From NCBI GenBank assembly GCA_964304625.1, contig OZ199839.1:1487893-1551892 (forward strand): a stretch of DNA of 64,000 bases, given 5' to 3'. The notes beneath the pieces were generated by a model, which saw only the letters and a program-made list of their open reading frames with translations, was not told the origin of the DNA and did not search any database. Positions 56,801 to 64,000 of this stretch are shown in pieces (the stretch's first letter is position 1; each line of letters opens with the position of its first letter). The position numbers and the translations under genes are program-made. This DNA is from Kudoa neothunni (lineage: Eukaryota; Animalia; Cnidaria).

Positions 56801-58565
56801 CCACGTATAGCCAGAAAATCAATACTACCCCTCATTTGTGAAGTCAATTGCAGAATCTTATTTCAATAGAGAACTTGATTATTTGGAGAAATCTACATGT
56901 GCTGCGTATGGTTGTCGCAGTGAAATTGTTTCTAAGGAACATGATAACACTTTGCCAGATTCTTGTCCTCATGACCCAGTAGGAGATTACACCCTTTATT
57001 TCTCTTCCCTCACAGATCCTAAAGATGAAGTATACAACCACTGTTGATAATTGAGATAAGGAATTTATTATCTATCTAGTACGATAGTGTATTTGATATA
57101 AGCTCTGATATTATCCATAAAAGAAGTTCCGTCAAAGAATTACAAACCAAAAATTCTGAGACCTATAATCAAATGAAGCAGGTAATTATTTACTTATTTT
57201 AAATTATTATATGCTGATTTTCCGTAATATTTTAATGGTACTGTAGGAGTTGTGGAATTTATCGGTGGAAATTGAGCATTGGTTGACTCGTTGTAATTCC
57301 TTAACAAAAAATAATGTTTCTGATTGGTCAAAAACATCTCAATTATTAGAAGAAAACATGTTTTTTCCAGTGGGTTTCCTAATTCACATCTCAAACTGTC
57401 ATATTTGTTTAGAAATGGATTTGTTATAATCAACACATTCAATCATATATTAAGGATAAAACCCAAGAAAATGTGATGCAACGTTTCACTAAAAGTTGTT
57501 CCAGTCAAATTTACTCTCAAAATAATTAATATTTTCGAATATAGAAATTGAAATTAAGACTATTAAAGATAAAGCCGAAAGGTATTTATTAAAGAACTTT
57601 ACATGATTGAGTTGCTCTAGTCGAAAACGCAGAAAACTGATACTTGATCTTGACACTTGTGAAAAGGTTTCTTAGATCATAGTGTTTGAAGTAATTTTAA
57701 CGATAATAAAGGATAAAGATGGAATTCCCGTTATAATTTCAATGTGTTTTAATCATATCTTCCAAAACCATGTTACTGTCAAGGGTGTCTTTCGTGAGCC
57801 GGGCACTGCTACGCATATTGATGAGCTAGAAATTAACTTGGCAAATGGTATGTGCATCATTAATCTCTTTTGTATAATCGTTTTATCCCTTTAGGTGAAC
57901 AAATACCAGATGAACTCGAAAAAGGAATTGTTCCAGACTTACTAAAAAGAGTAATTCGAAATATTACTAATTTCGTGCCTGAGGAATCAATTCAGCTGAT
58001 TGCAAACGCGAAGAGTATTTAACTGATCAGATTTTATAACTTTATTGTAATTTTATCAAGATTTTAAGGAAAGCACCGAACTAGAATGTTACCATGTTTG
58101 TTGTCGGTTCATTGACTCATTAAAGTCGTCATCTCAGAAATTGTATTTTTATATACAGGAAAAACTCTGCGAGTCTCTTTATTTAACATATGTACATGGT
58201 TGGAATAGGTTACATTTAGATTTACTCAATTTGAAGAGGCGACTAGCATGAATGCAGCCAATCTTGCTCGTATATTTCGGCCTAATGTTTTACCGTATAA
58301 TGTTCTCGAATTGAGCCCGGGCTATATATTTATTACAACATAAATACGAATTTATGATTAGAAATATTCATGAAATAAGAAATTATTTCAATAAATATAA
58401 GGGTAAATTGACGATTTATGTATTTTTAATTTGTTCGGAAATTGAAAAGTTGGAGAATTTCCGAAGGAAGATTTAGAAAAGAGTTCAAGTTCTAACGAAA
58501 ACATAATCAATACGAAGTCAGGTAAATTTTTTCTTTCGGACTTAACAGTATCAAAAGTATGTTAA
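53893..58565 (+). CDS. srGAP/ARHGAP4-like F-BAR + RhoGAP protein; 3' end uncertain
   Basis: F-BAR start QL...L...DL...K.E.E..Y...L is in register with srGAP, followed by SKE... helices. RhoGAP motifs IPVIISMC...GVFREPG (Arg finger), DLLKRVIR and MNAANLARIFRPNV. A ~1.9-kb intron spans 54415-56335. No SH3 recognised. A possible distal exon lies at ~62962-63030. Confidence 0.8.
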
Positions 58566-61500
58566 GAGTTTAACCGATTCACTACCCCTTAAACATGGCA
58601 AAAAGTTACATGCTGTCTAAAGTTCATATGCTTATTCTCGTCATTTATAAAATAGCCTTGTTCAAAAATTTAGCTTTTTAATCACCGAGCTAAATACTGT
58701 AATGTACAAAATGTTTAGTTCATTTATAAAAATATTTAGATTACATCCTTTAATTAATTTTGTTGTAAATTCTTATTGTAATGAAAAATAATTTTTGAAA
58801 TAAATTTAAATTTTCTTTCTAAAATTAAACGTTGGTTCAGTTATATACTTTAAAAAATAAAAATAAAAAAAATTAAAAATTAATGTTTTTTAAATGGAAT
58901 TTTAGTGATTTTCTATGGTGTAATAGATATCTCCGTGTTTAACCTGATTAATCGCCAGTTACACTTCAAAACGTTTAATATGGATGAGATTACAGCGAAG
59001 ATTAAATTATAAAATATTATTATGAATTAATACAATAAGCTAAAACCACCTTTTTAAATAACAATGCCGTTAAACCATATTGGCTTACTGGGAATTTTTA
59101 ACGCAACTTCAATTTAAAATGGTTAGGATTAATTATCTCCCAATATTGTTTCTTCTAGAGGAATATTATCATTTTTCTGATTAGATAGAGGCCATAGATT
59201 CAAAATTTTACTCCATTAAAATTATATGACAAAGAATTTAGCACCTTCAAATTGAATTAATCTATAATCTGCGAGATTATGGGGAAATAATTTCTTGGTT
59301 CTTGATAACCAAACGAGCGATAATCAATGAAATTTACTTTATTATATATTCTTTAATTTGATGCGGAAGTCCCATTTCAAATATTGAAATCTTTTGTGTA
59401 CCAGAAAAACACTATATTACGTTTAATGTAAGTATCATATTTGAAATAAACCAATCAACAGTTATTCTTCTTAATAATCTGCCATAAAAGCGCATTTGTC
59501 GTTTAGTGTTATAATTAGAGGCCGGAATTTTCGTCGACTATTATTAAGAAATAGCGCATGAGCTGCATAAAAATTTATTACCAAGCTCAATGTCAACGAA
59601 ACAAACGTAGATGTAAATTTTTTGTAAAAATTTCCTTTAGAATATAATAGTTAACACATTCTAATTCTTTTGGATGCTATGTTTAATTTATAACCGATAA
59701 AATGCTTCAATTTTGAGAAACTTCTTTCCATGGCTGTATGTGATAGCGGTATAAGCACAAAATCTTGGTCTACCCTAGACAATACGAAATTCTTTGATTT
59801 TTTTTACTTTTTAAATCCAGGACCTATCATTTTGTCATTTTTATGGAGTGAAAGTTTCAACAACTCTTTGTTGTGGAATTCTCGATGATCGACGTTAACT
59901 AATTTTGGCATATTTTTTGGGTCATTTTCCTCATTTAAACCTGTTTATTTAACTATATAATTGTCAATCCGTTTCCCATAAGAAGACGCAAAATAATTCA
60001 ACAGATTATTTTGATTTTAACCGAAAAAATGTAGAAATATTTAAAAAAATTCGACGTTTTTCGATTTTAAACGATAATTGCGGTCTCTAGTTATAATTTA
60101 ATACATCATATCACTCGATGGGCAGAAATTATCCAATCCATACGGATCTCTAAAATAAAACTCCCAACGTATTTCTAAAAGGGGGCTTTTAAGTTGCTCG
60201 TTATTTACAACAATTGATTTGGTCAATTATATTGATTATAGCATTACAGAATGCTTTTTTTCTAGGAATGGATTTAGATTAGTCCACTTTAATATTTATA
60301 GTTTTAATTAAAGTCATGTTTGCAGCATTCAAAAAATATTAATTCTTCTGCCAAATATTTATTATTTTTAAAATTTTCCAATAATTTCAAAAACCAACAA
60401 TTTTTTTATTTTATAAATTTTTCTAACATAAGTTGATGTTTTAAATTATGCGTTACATAACTATTAACAGAAGATATTTTAAACAAATTTTTAAAATCAA
60501 TATTTTCTATATCCTCGTGGTATAAATCTGAATGTCACTTGTAATAAAGTTATTATAAAAATATGAAATTATATTAATTACGCATATATCAAAGACATAT
60601 TTTCATGGAATTGACATAAACGTATGTTTAATATGCAATGTTTCATGTCACATTTATTCGAAATTCTTTGCTTTTATATGTTATGCTGTTATTTATTGAC
60701 TTTTTTTCAAAATAAGTGATTGATTCAAAAATAATTGTCAGAAAAGTTTATTATTTTGGTTTTAAGGATTAAAAACAAAGATGTCCATTTATAAAAGCAC
60801 CAAATTACAGTACGGCGTATTGTTAAAGCGAAAAAATTATTCGTCCCTATAATTATTTGATTCATTACTAAAATAAAACTTTATTTAAAATGTAGCATAG
60901 TCATAAATCGTTTTCGCGCATTTAATTTATTTAAAAAGGAAACAAGTAAATATTCTGCTACATAAAGTCATTATATTGCATAGACAAACCAAAAATCGAT
61001 AAATATTTTGATATTAAAGTGATATATGAATATTTGAAGAAAAACAATAAAAATCTTATTTTATGATTTCATTATTTCCATATTTCAAGTTATGATTAAC
61101 GACAATAATTTCAGTCACCCTTATCATTTCATACAATATTTGAAAATATAAAAAAAACACTTTATAATAAATTATTATTCGATAATTTTATAATTTTATT
61201 TGTTTTTGATAAAATAATAAAAAAAAAGATTAAATAATTTTGTTAAGATTCATTGCGGACGATAGTATTGGTTCAAGATTTCATCCGATCATTTATATTT
61301 TATTTATTAGTAATGTGATCTATATTATTAGACTTAAAAGGTTGTATTTATAAAGGAAATAACTTTCCGTACAGGCGTTAAATTCGCTATTTTCTATTAT
61401 CTACATTTCAATGATATTTAAATTATTAGTATTATCGTTTTAAAGTACAAAGTTTTTCGTCCAATATTGGATTATTGCAATTATTAAAAATTCCAACGTT

Positions 61501-63495
61501 ATAAATACACTGTAAAATCATCCATTTTCAGCATTTATAATTATAAACAACTTTTTCTTATATTTATTTATTTATTTCTTACTTCCTTACTTAATTAATT
61601 AATTAATAAATAAATGAATGACGAATTGATCACAAAGAGAGATAACCAAACAGTTAGGATAAATATTCTTTCCTTTTTTTTATTATCATAAATGTTTACG
61701 GGAGATTTCCTCAAAGTATACACAATGCAAGGAGGTACGTAATCATAAAAATTAACATATTAAAATTCATAAAAATAATTTTCCAAGTTAAACTAACAAT
61801 GAAATCAATGAGATAATTGTTATTTACAAAATTCAGGGCATATGATTGTTCTTATTTCTCGAATTGTAGTCGGTTATTGCAGAACCAATAATTTCTTTTT
61901 ACACATAAAGGAAACTTAGAACTTGTTCCATGTTTATATTTATTTAATTTCTGTTGATTCATTAAGGATGTTTTAAGTTTTAAATTTGTTCCGACAAAAT
62001 ATTTTAATACTATATTATGAGAAAAAATTTTTGAAAATTTGCATAATTGATGGCTAGAATATTTAACAAGAATATAAACCCTTTATTATACCAATTAAGA
62101 CGCATGTAAATGCCAATACCGAACGATAATATTAATATTTATTTAAAGTGGCGCAATCTTGACAATGGATTTTGAGATACACATTATATCTCTTTCCCTG
62201 TATTTTCCCCAACTGTTATTGCAGTATACAAAATTGAACCATTAATTATTAATATTACATTATTAAGCCTAATATTTTTTTTAATAATTTTCATTAGGCA
62301 TTTCAGGCTTATAATTTCCTATTTATTCAGCAATGAAATAATGTACTAGGAGTTCCAAGTTAGCTATAGTTTTTTTATGAATTATTTCATTTTAATAGAA
62401 AGCTGTAATATCTTATTGAGTTAATTTTAAAATTAAACTTCTAATTACTATTTGAAGGAAAAGTAATTCAAAGATATTAGTTATCAATTTTAGCAATTAT
62501 TAGAGAAAACCATTGATTTTAGGTCGTTGATGGATATTTTTATGAATGCCATATTTTTATTAAAGCCATTCTGCTTCGTTAATATTATATACATTAGAAT
62601 GACTTTAATATTATTTAAATTGTTTGCAGTCGGATTAATAACAAATAATCCCAGTCTACCTTATGTGCATAAGCGTTTGCATAACGAACTAAAAAAATAA
62701 ATAAGATTTTTTCATAATCGGCATATGAGACATATTCATAAGGGAAAAAAATCTTATCCATAATTTCATTAATCAGAATAGAAAATAAAATATGAAATAG
62801 GTCAACCTCAAAACTGGTGTGTCTTGTCCTATTGGACAACTTGAAAGGTTAAATAAATTTATAAATACCTTGATACATGATAAAATAACATTTAATACGA
62901 AATATAATAATATTAAATTCGAATTGTATGATTTTGTAGAAAATAATAATTATTTTCTATAGGTGAGGGTACTCCGGCAGAAGCGTCAATTACCAAAGGC
63001 CCCAACTCCAAGGCCAATCCATAGCTTATGATTCCCAACGTGCTATTCACTAACAAAACCTAAGAAAATTATTTATTTACTTGTCATAAAATTTTAATTA
63101 ATTATTCGTACTACTAGTTTTTCTTATATAACATGTTATGACATCCTATTCGTCTCGTTACTTATATGTATTTTTTGCATGATCTAAGCTGTTGCAATGT
63201 TGTAATAAGTGTAAGCTCTAAATATCACTCAAACATCTGTTTTCAGACTACTTAGATTATATTTTGAGCATATGATGAATCACAAAAATTATCAAAAATT
63301 TTAATCGATGAAGATTTTTATTTCCATTTCACTTTCAGTATTAAATTTAAGATTAAAAATGGCGAAAGAATATAAATTCAAAAAAACTTATTTGCTTCGA
63401 AAATAAAAAGGAAATTGACTGTTTTATTTAAATTATGAAAACTAACATGGTTATCATTAAAGAACGAATCTTTTTTTTGTTTACAAGGTCAAACC

Positions 63496-63741
63496 CCTGG
63501 CGCAAATTGTTAGGTTGTGAAGTTCGGGCCGGTTAGACCTTCTCCATTTATGCTGTAGGCACCGCAGCGTCATATTAAGACGACTTAGGTTTATCCAATT
63601 GTGTGGGATTTTAACTCACTAGCCATGCTCGTTCGGAGCAACCACCCTCCCAACCATACCCTGAATTAATACAGAATTGGTCTAAGAAAGTCGCTTGAAT
63701 GCAGGCGTCGGCTCTACAGATACCCCTACTCCTATTGGGTT
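63496..63741. repeat. Dispersed ~250-bp repeat, copy 2 (inverted relative to 32011-32266)
   Basis: By-eye alignment to the reverse complement of 32011-32266. Confidence 0.88.
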
Positions 63742-63877
63742 TTATTTCATTCCTCTACTCCGGCGTTTATGAGCACCAAATATCTACCTTTCCTTTTTCA
63801 AGTATGATCACGATAAATTGTAGATCCTTGCGATTACAACAACCTTCCTACCGAATTTCGGATTTAGAGATCAGGAA

Positions 63878-63951
63878 CGCCCAGATTGCGCATCGAACCT
63901 CGTAACCTCAAGGTAAACGATCTCGACCTAACACCATTATGCCATATTGTC
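63878..63951 (-). repeat. tRNA-like Pol III (A/B box) head, possible SINE 5' end
   Basis: Minus strand has an A box TGGCATAATGG and a B-box-like GGTTCGATGC at tRNA spacing. No complete cloverleaf. Confidence 0.45.
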
Positions 63952-64000
63952 TAGGCAGTTAAAGATCGAGGTTGCATTATTCGAAAACTGTTCTTTCTTT

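Noticed and set aside
59100-59950. Possible Tc1-like transposase relic (GRPR-like motif on the minus strand)
   Set aside because: No DDE motifs or TIRs could be confirmed.

Overview
This is eukaryotic, not prokaryotic, DNA: very AT-rich, with compact genes broken by many tiny (mostly ~37-70 nt) GT-AG introns and separated by decayed DNA transposons. The ORF track therefore shows only exon fragments. The gene set looks metazoan and highly diverged. A reduced parasitic animal such as a myxozoan is my best guess, but that is inference only. Manually spliced genes: GPI (-), PHF10-like (+), two tandem ankyrin-DHHC (ZDHHC13/17-like) paralogs (+), a serpin (-), COQ8/ADCK3 (-), tRNA-Pro(AGG) (-), an orphan 7TM receptor (-), TTF2 (+), an orphan gene (-), CPTP/GLTP (-) and an srGAP-like F-BAR-RhoGAP (+). 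Transposons: Merlin, mariner, Tigger/pogo, piggyBac, hAT and MULE, several of them nested. Most notable observations: (1) both DHHC paralogs keep all eight zinc ligands but have lost the catalytic D, H and C, and still show mostly synonymous divergence, so they look like a conserved pseudo-palmitoyltransferase pair; (2) a near-intact Merlin transposase carries four host-like micro-introns; (3) housekeeping genes show recurrent single-base +1 frame breaks, probably assembly error but worth testing for recoding; (4) three transposons are nested inside one another. All translations and alignments were done by eye, so exon boundaries need RNA-seq confirmation.
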